A stretch of 60,605 bases of DNA, the filler included, from Streblomastix strix (taxonomy: Eukaryota): assembly GCA_008636045.1 (NCBI GenBank). It is 3 parts of 3 records of this genome, joined end to end, with 100 filler letters (N's around TTAATTAATTAA, not from the genome) between each part and the next. Parts side by side here need not be neighbours in the genome. Positions count along the whole stretch, not along the records: positions 1 to 20,136 come from SNRW01000453.1; positions 20,237 to 40,371 come from SNRW01000454.1; 1 more part is not named here. One strand, given 5' to 3'. Under the pieces are notes generated by a model. It did not search any database. It was given only the letters and a program-made list of their open reading frames with translations, and was not told the DNA's origin. This document shows, in pieces, positions 12,298 through 24,759 of this stretch. The position numbers were made by a program, and so were the translations under genes. Numbering within the stretch: position 1 is the stretch's first letter; every line of letters starts with the position of its first letter.

Positions 12298-12760
12298 ATG
12301 GAAAAAGCTGTAACACAATCGATCAAATAATTATTCAATGAATTAGTGAAATCACACTTTTAAGATAACGATACAATTAATGACACAATTGAAGCATTAT
12401 AAAATTTGTTAAAGAATGATGTAAAAGAGTCAATTCATCCATTACTCTAAGAATTAATGAGAATTAATAAAAATGTTCACTAATCAATAGTAATAATTAT
12501 AAAATATAAAGAAAATGGTTAATGAAAAAGATTATAAAAATAAGTTATTTAATGAATAGGATAAGTACTTCAAAAATAAATATCTATTAATCAAAAAGTC
12601 ATTAGATATAAACAATTAACCATAACAAATAAAGAAGTACAATATCTCTGAAGCTAGTGAAGAAGAAAAATAGATTTACAATTAATTTGTGAATGATGAA
12701 TAATACAGTAACTTTGTCAATTATTATCAGCTTAATTTAAAATAATAAGATTGTTGATAT
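12298..12760 (+). pseudogene. Viral hypothetical protein, degraded
   Basis: MEKAVTQSIKQLFNELVKSHFQDNDTINDTIEALQNLLK...; the frame breaks near 12520 and the 3' end is approximate. Confidence 0.4.
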
Positions 12761-13344
12761 ATTATATGTACCTAATTATTTCTTCAATTTTATCTTACGT
12801 TGGTTCAATAGAACAATAATGTTATTTGAATTATTCATATGTTTATTTTTCCTATTAATCCAAATCATTTACCTCGATTGGCGCTTCGAATATTTTGAAA
12901 ATCTCATAATCAGTCTCATAATACTATAAGCCAATGTTTATCGCTAATTAGTAAAGTTACTCCATTTCATTTAATTCAAACAATTTATTTTTATGGATTA
13001 TTTAACATTTTAAGATACAAAATATATCTCCATTGAGTAGCTAATTCCAAATCTTTATTTGATATTACTCCATTCAAAAATGTTTCGATTAATTCTACAG
13101 ATAACTATGACCAATGAATGCATGGCTAATTTTTATCCATTTTTCTTTTGTAAAAGAATTGTATAATGTAAATCGTTATATTTAATGGAACCAATACTAT
13201 ATCAAAATAGCTCCATAATGTTTTTACTACATTATCAGTATCCATTAATTTATCAGATATAGATACAGATATAATTGATGTTACAAAATTAACTCCATAG
13301 AACACGTAATTCATTACATTAATGATTACCGATAATATGTTCAT
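12717..13344 (-). pseudogene. Viral predicted membrane protein (two hydrophobic segments), frameshifted
   Basis: Listed ORF 13126-13344 continues through TAG (Gln); hydrophobic stretches ILSVIINVMNYVFYGVNFVTSIISV and LWSYFDIVLVPLNITIYIIQFFY. Confidence 0.45.
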
Positions 13345-13394
13345 GCAAATTTTATTTGCCGCAAAATCAAAAGATTTTGATTATTGTTTTTAAA

Positions 13395-14411
13395 ATGACA
13401 CTACAAGAATTATAAGATATAACATTTACTAATCAAGATCTATTGAACGAATATAAAACTAAGCCATTAACGAAAAATTCACTGTTACTGATTAATGGTA
13501 ATCATTATATTGTGGGAACTGTTGGAAGTGGTAAAACAACATTAATGTGTAAGCTAATTGTGATCTATAAGAAAATCATTAATCTGTACATATTATACTT
13601 CTCGAATTACGGTGCAGATGAAACTATGGCATTAAATCTTAATAGTAGGAACATTTAGTTAACAAATGTAACTTATGGAGAAGCAATGATATTTCTACCC
13701 GAAATTGATGAGATAAAATATTCTACTAAGGAGATGTATACATAGTATAAGATGAATGAATAAAAATAATCAAATACTATTGATTTCATTAAGCGATTGG
13801 AAGAACAAATTTTATAAGCTAATGAGATTAAAAAAAATGAAAAACCTAATGATTATCTTAATAAAATTGCTGAACTATTCAAATAAAAAGTAATCAAACC
13901 CATTAATACATATAGTTAACCAACCAAGATACTGAGATTCGATATCCCTGCTCTAATTCAAAACGTTAGTTATTAAAAGAAATTCAAAATAGTTGATGAA
14001 GATTAGGTTGATGTAAAGGTGATGAAAATACCTATATTAGAAAAAGCTTAATTACTCCATACATTAATGCTCTTTGATGATATTTGATCTAACGCAGATA
14101 TCTAACGATTCAGTTAATAACTGTCTAAAACAATAACACATCTCGTTAGTGATTCAAGACATAGTAAAAATACTATTTTCTTTATAGCTTAACGACCAAC
14201 TTATTTGTTTAAGACAGCAAGGATATTAACCCATATCGTTTGATTGGGAGTTAATCTTGGGGAAACTGATCTAAGATAAGTGTACGATGAAAATACCATA
14301 TAAAATTTTGATTTTGATGAATTCCAATTACTATACAACACATTAAAGAAATATGAACTTATAATATTAAAGAAATGAATGGAAAATTTTGAAATTCTAA
14401 AAAATAAATGA
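13395..14411 (+). pseudogene. A32/FtsK-HerA DNA packaging ATPase
   Basis: Walker A YIVGTVGSGKTT, Walker B TLMLFDDI, and SDSRHSKNTIFFIAQ...ARIL. One frame with premature TGAs (14085, ~14241, ~14376). Confidence 0.9.
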
Positions 14412-14420
14412 TAGATATTA

Positions 14421-17400
14421 TCATTCGTACGAATAATCCTTAGCAGTTAATCCATACATAAATGGACAGCATGATTGATTCTGTAATACTATCATTTTTG
14501 TGTGAATTCTTGTGATTCCATTTTTCTCAATAGAAAATTAGCTCATCTAATGATTCTTCTATCCTAATCTCATATTAGTGCATTCAGTTATCTTTGCTTC
14601 ATAAATGCAATCGACTATCTTGTCTTTAGTGATTTTATTAGTCTCCTAATTATCTCCTTTCAATTTTATTTTTGAATCATCGCAATAATTCTTAAATATG
14701 ATATAATTTTTAGGAGCTAATGCAATCATTGATGGATATTGTCTTTCGATTGCTAATCCAAGGATTTTCTTCTCATCATAAACGTCTCCTTTAATCGTTT
14801 GGAAGAAATACTTAGCATTTTCATTATAAAAATCTCTGTCTTAAACTACAGCATTAAATTACTAAGTAAAATCTTAATTAGGATTACCACTAATTGCACA
14901 ATAAGCTGATTCAGTATCTCCTTCGATAAAATGTATCCTATTCATATCTAAGCATTTGTACATGAAGTAATATATAAAGTTTAGATACCAATATTTAGCA
15001 CTATCTAATACAAAGAAAGCAACTTATAAAGAAGTTTTACAACTGCAATGTTCAGGATTCATTTAAACAATATAACTGTCTTCAGATATTTTTTGTTCAT
15101 CCATGAATGCATTAGATCTAATAGCTCTTTCTGTTTACTTCCTATTCATCATTTTAACTTTATGATATTTCTCAGTGTTCATTCCATCACTACCATAAGA
15201 ACTATTCATAACTATCTTAAAGAATTATTCCTATTCCTTATTCTCATTCAATTTTGCTTCAATTCTGTTTTTAGTAAATTCCATAATAAATGAGTTGAAT
15301 TAATCATGTTTATTGAATAACACTGTCTACTTTACATCATCTATAATAAAATGACAATCATCAATTAAGAATCATAGTTAATATGAGCTAAATGTCATAA
15401 ATTCTCCCATCGTTGATGATAAATTAGTTAGCTTTCTTTATTTTTGAACAGTCTTAATCGTATTCTATTTCATATGATTAAACATATAATTACCGATAAT
15501 TCTTTCATCAGTTGTGAATTCATAATTTCTTAGAATATGTGCGAAGTTAATGAAATCGTTAAGGTAATTCTCTTAAATATGACCCTTAATTTCTGCAATG
15601 AATAATCTTTCTTCTTGTGTAAATCTCTTTTTGCTATTAATTATTCGTAGTATAGATTATCTTGAATGTTCACTATTACCCTCAATCTAACCTGTTTATG
15701 ATCCACACATATACATTTCACCTCCTGTATATTTAATAAATTTATGAGGCTCTGATAACATAACACTAAGATATAAAGGATTAAAATCAACACCAACTAC
15801 ATGAGTAATTCGATAATCAGTAGTAAAAACAGTAACCTTTTTATTTACTTTATCATATTAGATTCATTTAATAAAATCAATTTCTGAAACATTAACTATA
15901 TGTATTGCATTTAATAATCCACCTGTGATCCATTTTCTGATTAAATGATATACCTCAATATCTGTTAAATTAGTTGGTAAGCATCTTATCATGAAATATT
16001 TACGTAATTATATGAACGATTTACTCATATTTTTATCTTTGTTTGAACAAAAGTAATTGCAATATAAACAACAAGGTTATACATTATCTTTTGAATGACC
16101 CTTTGAATTGTCGATTCTGTCTAGTGTTGGTTTATTAGCAAAAGTGAATTTACATGCATAAATGCTGCAATTAGAATCTTTGAATAATTGTTTGAAATAT
16201 TCGAAATCACTTTCTTATACGTTTTTTGTTGTGTCTCTTCTTTAATGTTTATCTTGGACTTGATATCCCCGTACTTTACTCTAACAATAGTTCCCTGTTA
16301 AGTAAAATTTCTATGATAAATCTTCAAAATTAGGATATGCTCCATTAATGTCAAAATCCTCATAAGTTTTAGCATATTTGATAGCATTAGAGCATGCAGC
16401 CGTACTCATGAAACTAAACATATCAATCATATATTTAAATTGTAAGCTAATTAGAGTCATTAATGGTTTAACCATAATATAAGTATCTTATTCGTTATAG
16501 AATTGTAAATAGTCCCATCTATTTTTAAATCGTTTTGCATCCTCTAGATAAATTTAATAATTCATTTAACTAATTTTAGTATTCTTTAATGATGAATTGA
16601 AATCTTCCATCGTAAATGGTTCTGATTTACTTAGTACATCATTAACGTTATCAGTATTGAAAGCTTCATAGGAAAATAAGCCCTTTTTATCATCATATCC
16701 ATCTCCAAAATCTTTTGCTGCTTACTTTAATTCCATAGCTTATAGATTCATCAGCATATCAACAAATTTCACCTTCAAATTCAATTTCTTATGATGCATA
16801 ATTACTTGCTTTGCTTATGAAGGGCTACCTATACAATTACTGATTATCCAATCTTTACATTACATTTATTATATAATTAATGATATGTCAAATCTTGAGC
16901 TATTGAATCCTACTATTGGTACTTCCATTGAATAAGGAATTGTTTCATCAATGGTGCAAGCTTCTGTGATATATTGATTATTAGCATTAACTTAATCAGC
17001 TTCTTTAAATAATTAATGTAACCATTATAATACAAAATCATCTCCATCTTACTAACTAAAGAAGATTTTCTTAATACCTTTTTTGTTACGAATAGTTGAT
17101 GCAACTGATAAAGGAAATAGTTCATACATTTAATAACTTGAATTACCGAACTTTTTATTAACGATTTTAGGAACTGTTTCAAGATCGTATGTGATGAAGT
17201 ATTGTTTAGGCTTAAACTCATGATATCTTCCATTTGCTAAAAGATATTTATATGTTTTATTTTGCATAATGTGTGGAACAAATGGCTTTTAGATGTATTC
17301 TAAACTAACTTTATTAACTATTTTTCCTTCGTTATTCTCACATTTAATAATAAGTTTCTCATAGTCTCTTGAGTAATTTCTATCTTTAAGATCGAATGCT

Positions 17401-19133
17401 TTTGAATTACAATGTGGACAAAATTTTAATCCAGTTAATGCTTATTTATTTGCAATTGCGAAAGCATGACAAATTTTCTTTCCTTCCCATTCAGATTCAA
17501 CAACTAATAAATCAATTGTTTTAATGTCAATCGCGATATTAGATGTGCTTTCGTATTTGTTATTTTAATTATCCTATTAATACATTACCTACAATTCTCT
17601 ATAATAATTTTTATGTTCATTATCGTAATAGTAAATGTCTTAGTTAATTTTTAATTTTTATGATACAATTTACGCGTATTTAGTTATATCTAATGCTTCA
17701 AATGTTTTCAATAAATCATTCATTTTTCTACTCTTTGAATCGAATGGTAGCTCTAATACTTAAACTAAATACTCTCTACTAATGTTTATAATTGATTCAC
17801 TTTTATACCTTTGGCGGCAACTTTGTTGCTATCGCTTCTCCTTTGAATCAGGATGTAATGCTTTGGCTATTGCTTCCATATAACAATTGTTATTATTTCC
17901 TGTATTTTTATATATAACATTTTTGCGACCCAGACAATGAAAATCGATTAATTCTTTCATACTAGCACCAACAATTTACGGTTAAAGATTAAATGTTTTG
18001 ATTAGCATTGAATGGATAGCTATGAATAGTTGCTTTGTGCTATCTATTATATAACTCTACATATTTACTATTGCAGATTTAATGTATTATTTATATTTTT
18101 CAATATCTTCTTCAAATAATATAACTTTTGGAGCATGTTCCTGAATTCGTGTATCACTTGGTAATATATATCCATAATCAACATAAACTTAATCATTCTA
18201 ATCAGACTTATATTCTTCGTAAATGACTCCAAAATTGAATTGAATCTTAAATGCTTAATGGTGCTTTTCCTCATAAACTTTATCAACAATCTCTTCAATA
18301 TCAATTATAGATTAGATAACATTATTATAGTGTAATTCGCTAAGTTATCCATTTTCTTCTGTTTGTTCTATTGTATGTTCCCGAGCAAATCCTTATCTTG
18401 CATTATAAACTGTAGCAATAAATTATTCCATATTCTCAAGAAAAAAATATAATAGAGTACCTGCATAATTATTTATTTCTCTAACTTTTATCCCACCAAA
18501 CTATTTAATAAGATCAGTAATCACTTTATTTTGCTAAGCAGTTATTTAGTATTGTAGATACGCTTCATATTCTTCGCTTGCTTAGCCTAAGGCATCTTAC
18601 TCTTCTTCCATAATTCTTTAAGCTAACTCTTGTTATTTATTGATCTTAACAGACCAGAAATCATTAGTTTCTTATTATTTTTATTCTCTACGATATTCTT
18701 ATAAATCTTATTCATATTAGTTTGAGTGATATTAAGTTAAATCTTAATGTAATTATCGGTTCCATTCTTATAAATCATCCTAGTAGATATCTTCTTATTG
18801 TTACAATTATTCTCTACGATATTCTTATAAATCTTAATCATATTAACTCTATTTGAAATGCAATCTTCGATAGGAGCTCTGCTATTAAACTAGGTATTTT
18901 GCCTTAAGGATTTACTTATTATAATTATAAACTTATTTTAAATTTGTTCTCAAATCATTATAGTTACTTCTACCTCGTTTCTTATAATTAATTTTGTTCA
19001 AATATTTATTGAGTTAATCTTTAAGCTAATTTATTTTTAATGAATTTGCAGAGCTCAAACCTATGGTTTCATTTATGTTTCTGATATTGATTTTGAGTAA
19101 TTTAATTAACTCCGCTTTCTTTAAGTAAGACAT
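14421..19133 (-). pseudogene. Protein-primed family B DNA polymerase polyprotein
   Basis: ExoI YFITYDLET, ExoII VGFNSSRFD, KGLFSYE, ExoIII YNEQDT, ITGGL, motif A GVDFNPLYLS, motif B KIVMNSSYG, motif C EGDTES (degenerate), ALAPKNY and KLKG. Start 19133, stop 14421; frameshifts present. Confidence 0.93.
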
Positions 19134-19170
19134 TTTGATTAAAATAAAAACAATTTATTTAGACAGCTCA

Positions 19171-20136
19171 TCAAAATTATATCTCGAGAAGTAAATTATT
19201 ATACATATCCATATATTGCATTGGTATCTTTCTTCCAAAGTTATCATATAATGTAAAGACTAACGATTTGTTCTATCCCATAAGACATTACTGACTCATC
19301 ATATTCTATCCCCATAATACTGGTGCATCAATCAAATTCTATTTAAAGCATACGTTAGAGAATCCATTACCTCCTGTTGATTAAAGAGTTATTCCTTATA
19401 ATTAATTAGATACGCAAATTATCAACATTTATGGATACTCTAGAAAATTCCAAATGTATGGGCAAAATATTGGAAGATCAACTTCTAAGCTTTCGTTATT
19501 ATGTTTAGTTTAATAGAACCATACTTCAAGATCAATTTGTTTAATAGCTGATGATAAATTAACTAATTAATTGGCTCCATTCTAGTTCCATCCATCATAA
19601 AGATCTTATCCAACAACTAGTTGTATATATAGATTTGGAGATAGTAATATACGATTAGAAAACCAGTATAAGTTGTTTTACTAACAGTATTCAGTCACAA
19701 CATATGGTATAAATTATCCATAATAATTTGTTCTTCCAACTGCAGTATAAATATCTTACCATTCAGCAATACTAAATGCAAGCAATGATTTGATAATTCT
19801 AATTGGAAATGTGTTAAAATTATTGATAATTTATTACATTGTTAATTGTTATACATTAATTGGTTGAGAATCAGATGTAGTAAATGTTCCATTAACATAT
19901 ATATCAACTTACTTACCAAATAAGTATCTTATTGATAGACCATTGCCTTATGAAAAATATTTTGGTTCAATTGATGTTATATAATTATTTGATGTTGGGC
20001 AATATAATCGTATTAATCCAATCATTCGGTATAACTCATTAACTGTTGTATCTAAAATCCAGTAATGATATAGAAATGCATCAATTCTAAGGTTAATATA
20101 ATTGATAGCGGAATTCACTAAATCCTATCCATAATT
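19171..20136 (-). pseudogene. Putative minor capsid (penton-like) protein, 5'-truncated by the contig end
   Basis: Beta-rich reading frames with shifts; C-terminus LVFTLYDNFGRKIP...NNLLLEIQF* resembles single jelly-roll penton ends of Polinton-like elements. Confidence 0.5.
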
Positions 20137-20236
20137 NNNNNNNNNNNNNNNNNNNNNNNNNNNNNNNNNNNNNNNNNNNNTTAATTAATTAANNNNNNNN
20201 NNNNNNNNNNNNNNNNNNNNNNNNNNNNNNNNNNNN
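20137..20236. other. Artificial contig linker
   Basis: 100 nt of N with a central TTAATTAATTAA. Confidence 0.97.
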
Positions 20237-22799
20237 CTGTTCTTGATTAGAATTTTGGTGACATTTGGCATAATAGTCAAATTTCATTATTTAAAGATTT
20301 TAGCAAAGTTGAACAGCAAACTAACAAATTAGTATTTATTGAATAAGCAATTCGCGAATATATATCTACTGGTCGAGTTGCTCGTTGCCCTCCTACTGCA
20401 TTGAATGATCAAATGTCACCTGTATATGGAATTAGAAATGGTAGATTTATATAAACATAAGTGTGAAATATAATATGTTATTATTCACTGTTATTTTTTA
20501 TTATTATACACTGATATTTTTTTAATTATTATTATTGTTTTTAAATTAACACAAATTTATTCAGACATTATTTGGAATCAGCCCGATTCCTATTTCAGTA
20601 GAAGCGACAAACTGGAAAAATTTGTCTTTCCAAAATTTCATAAAAACTCTGGAACATTTTATGTTATACACACAATTTTTAACTAGTCAACGTTTAGTTG
20701 CACGCGAGTTGGTTAGAAGATTTATTAATAATTTCAAAAGTCAAAATCTATCAGAAGGTACAAAAGATGATATTTAAGACAAAAATCACGAAAATATATT
20801 GAAAAAATTGATATATGCTATTTTTTGCTTGATTGCCAGGACTGCTTTAACATTTTAAAGTGGTATTTCTGAGAACGAATACCTTATGATGGCCAATCTT
20901 TACAAGCAATTATGATTTGGATTACGTTAACTTTCATTAATTATGAAATATCCAAATAAGAAATTCTTCACAAGAACAAAAGCAGAATTTTTTCATTCGC
21001 TTAATCGTGAAATATCTCTTGATTATTAATATTGGTTTAAATATAGAAATGAAATTTTGTAGTAGAATATTGGACTTCAATCAAATTTGAATATTCTATT
21101 CAATGACGACAATCTTCCTATTGGTTATGTTCCAAAATAACTTACATTAAAACCGGTCAAAATTTCTTAGAAATTTGATGATGACTCAACTGATTATAAA
21201 TTAGATCTCTATCATATTTCCGAAAAGAATAATTTCAACAGAAATTTGCTGGAAAATGTAGGTTTAAAACTTAATATGAATAATTTATTTAAATCATTAG
21301 TTAAAGAAAATAAAAGGTTGTAATTGAATAGTAAAGGCGAAGAATTGTATAAAAAATTACATTAAAACGACACAAGTGATATAGTTACAATTTCTAGTGA
21401 AGATGATTTAGATTATTTTAATTAGCTGTAATATTACTAACCTCCATTGTATATAAACAAGATTTCAAAAGAAAAAAATAAAATATCTTCATCAAAGCAT
21501 CACAATTCTCATAATCTTGAATTAATTGATAAAATCATTAATTAAAATTAATTTAATGTTTATAATATGCCAATTAATTAATAGAAAATTTCATCTCCAT
21601 ATATTTAATAAATAAATTATTCCCATCAACATTTTCACAGTCACAGAAACACAAATGAAATATATAATTTTCATAAACACAAACATAATAATGAATATAA
21701 CAGGAAATTTAAGCATTAGGAAGAGAAAGAACGCAAACATGAAAAATATAAAGATAATAAACACCACCATTAAAGAAACAAATAATTTAATGAAATTGAA
21801 ACACAAATTTTACTAGATGATGAGAACAATCAAATGCAAAATAAAATATCTGAAATCGACGAATGCAAATAAAATGAATATAATATATGGTAAATAGATT
21901 AACAAGTGAAAGATCATGAATTTTAAATTGATATTAAATAAATTTCGATCGATTTGTTGCCTTAATTTGACGAAATTAGTAATCATTTGTAGGATTCATC
22001 CAATCCAATGAGTAAAAGCATTTTTCATCCAATTGATGATTTAGATAATAATAATTAACACAACATGTAACATAAATAAAACATATTTCATTTGGAAGAA
22101 AATAAAACTGATATTTCAGATGAAAATAGAATTGAAATTTCAGATGAAAGTAGAACAGATCCATCCAATGAAAGTAAACCTGATATTTCAGATGAAAGTA
22201 AACCTGATATTTCAGATGAAAATAAAGTTAATATTTCAGAGAAAGAAAATGAATCACTTCGTTTCTCCATCTTTGATAACACATAAAGAACATAATTATA
22301 ACTTCAACGTGCATAATATAATAGACCTTTCCCACATTACAATAATCAAACATAAAAAGATAGAGATTGGAGTGAAAATATTGGACTTGTAACAACAATA
22401 TCATCAAAAGAGCAAGATGAATTAGTTCAATTATCACATAAAGAACAAATATCTCCTAATTTTTCAATAAATTTATAAAATATTGATTATTCAAAACAAT
22501 AATTTAATCCAATAACTATACAACCTGCTTCAGACATTTCAACCCATTTTCCCCAAAACTTTTTTAAAATTTAAACATCACCATTAGTTTTAAATCATAT
22601 GGTTGAATAAGTATTAAATTTAACTGATTCTCCATAGTTTAATCTTCCTCTACATACTTCAGAATCATTTTAATCGCCCTATAATACAAATAACGAAACT
22701 AGTATAATATAATCTAGAATAGTTTCAATAGTAATTAATTAATAAGGGAGTAATGATTTAGATGATTAAAGTGATAATGATCAAGGTGAGAAAGATTGA
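20237..22799 (+). CDS. Hypothetical Q/N/E-rich protein, 5'-partial, possibly disrupted
   Basis: Long code-6 frame ending DQGEKD-TGA; GT-AG intron at ~20441-20564; one in-frame TGA near 20913; short ISDE(N/S)KPD tandem repeat at ~22105-22240. Confidence 0.5.
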
Positions 22800-23699
22800 A
22801 CATTATATAGTAAATACACTATCTTTAACTTTTATAAATCATTATATTTTTATAAATATATTAATGGAGAAATCAAACAATTAAATAAATTTTAATTTTT
22901 AATACTTATTATTAATTTCTTAATTAACCATTAATAGTAATATTAATTATTCAAAATTATTGAATCAATATTTTTTTTAATAATTATAGGATCTAATGTA
23001 TATTTTTTGAATAGTTTTTATATGTATAATCTTCTTTTCAACAGTTTTAAAGTCTCAAAATTAATTTTTTAATTTTATTGATTGTTAAATTTCGTTTTAT
23101 TTTCATTATCATCTTTTAATGTCAAATATCATATTATTCAAATTTAACAAATATATTGTAAGTTTAATTATAGTTCCTAATATCAGCTCTATAAATATAT
23201 TTATGGTGTAAATTAATAAACTGTTAAAATATAAAATTAAATGTGTTGATTTATCAATAGTTTTTAATTATTCTTGAAAGATTGGTTTTATTTCACTCAT
23301 TTTTCTATTTCTTCTTCATATTTGTCGATCCAACTCGTTGACAACATCTCTTTTATCGATAATTCGTTATATCAAACTTTGACAGAGTAATGTCTTTATC
23401 TAATCATTTTCATTCCATGTACTCCAGCCCATTTTCAGCATCATTCCTCTTGTTCGATCCTTCAGTTCTCAAGGGAATTTTCTCCTTCTTTCTATTTCAT
23501 TTCGGGTTGCAATATATATTTTGGGTGGGCCAGAAGTGATATAAGGAATTATTTGGATAATGGATCATTAGCGTGTCTCTTGGAGAAGCGAAAATTATAA
23601 TTAGTTACCCCCTTCTCCCCTTATCTAACATCATTATTGAGATAAATAATTGAAACTTCTACTGTTTTTCTCTGCAATACTTATAAACTACCAAATATT

Positions 23700-24570
23700 T
23701 TAGTTTGCATTAATTTTGGATGCAAATATATAGTATATTCCGACTATAAATAAATTTTAGGAGTGATATTTAGAAGTAGTGAGATCTCTTTCAGATATAA
23801 CTTGCTTTATTAATTAAATTATTGTTGAGTAGTATATTATGTTTACTGAATCTTCAATTATTCTTAATTATTATAGTAGTTTTGTAAGTTGTAGATTTAC
23901 ATCTTTTGCAGTTGTTTATTTATAAAAACGCTAATGTCACTAAAAAAAGTCAGTATCCTTTGGAAATTGATTCTTAAATCTATGAATCCATTCAAAAATT
24001 GCTCATTTTGAAAAAACTTTTCATTATTTGTTTTACTAACTTCTTATATTTCTGTTGAGTCATCTTGTTAAAAAGTAGATCTTGGTATTGATAGATTATT
24101 TATTTTATTGGCATTCAAGAAATTCAATCTTGATTTTGCCATTTCATTTTGTACAAAAAAGCTTATCTATATAGATATAGAGGCAATTTTAACTTGCAAG
24201 TCATAGCTATTTAAATATTTATTTTGTTTTGGTTTTCTCCTGAGGTTAAGAAGTATTTAAATGTTCCAAATATTCTGATATCTTCTATGAGGGATAGTTG
24301 CATTTGCAAATGTCTTGATAATTAATTTGGATGTAGCAGACATTGCTAAGTTCTTTTTATATATAAGAGATTACATTGTAGTTATACAAGCTTTATGTGA
24401 TTTTGCTGATGCGACTGAGCTATTCTATTTCGTATTGAAGGCAATTACTCCTGTTAATATTACTTCTGCATCTTTCTTCATCATTTCTTCAATTGTTATT
24501 CTTTCAATGTCAAACCAATCTTGTAGTTGAGTTAGGAAGTTGAAGTCTCTCTTAGCAATGTTTAATCTGT
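23700..24570 (-). pseudogene. Tyrosine recombinase of DIRS-like copy 1
   Basis: RRYQNIWNI, LQVKIAS and a decayed C-terminal ...HSQN...VGIYYIF; lies downstream of the MT domain; catalytic motifs eroded. Confidence 0.55.
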
Positions 24571-24759
24571 AGCCTTTGAACAGTGAGTTTACCCCCCTTT
24601 TCCGGAAATAACCGCATCTTCATTCATCTCATTAACAATTCTCTACCTACATCTGCAGCAGGTCCAGAAGCAAGGCGCTCAAATTGTTTGGTGGAAGCTT
24701 TTGATCCTTGTTTTTCATTCTCTGTACCATCTCTAGAATTCTCTCTGATAATCCAAGAA

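Larger units (their letters stand above)
4320..20136. mobile_element. Endogenous Polinton/Maverick-like dsDNA virus (partial, decayed)
   Basis: Intronless, densely packed gene cluster with pPolB, A32-type ATPase, capsid-like genes, HNH nuclease and fibre genes. The right end is cut by the contig end; the left boundary is uncertain (may extend to ~3800). Confidence 0.9.

Noticed and set aside
7324..14411. TGA recoded as Trp in the viral genes
   Set aside because: In-frame TGAs fall at positions that appear to expect Gly or Arg as well as Trp, occur alongside frameshifts, and TGA ends every gene. This fits decay, not recoding.
14408..14632. Small plus-strand ORF after the ATPase
   Set aside because: It overlaps the pPolB C-terminus on the minus strand and contains a stop.
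20181..20192. Palindrome TTAATTAATTAA as a regulatory site
   Set aside because: It is an artificial linker inside the N run and is repeated at ~40416.
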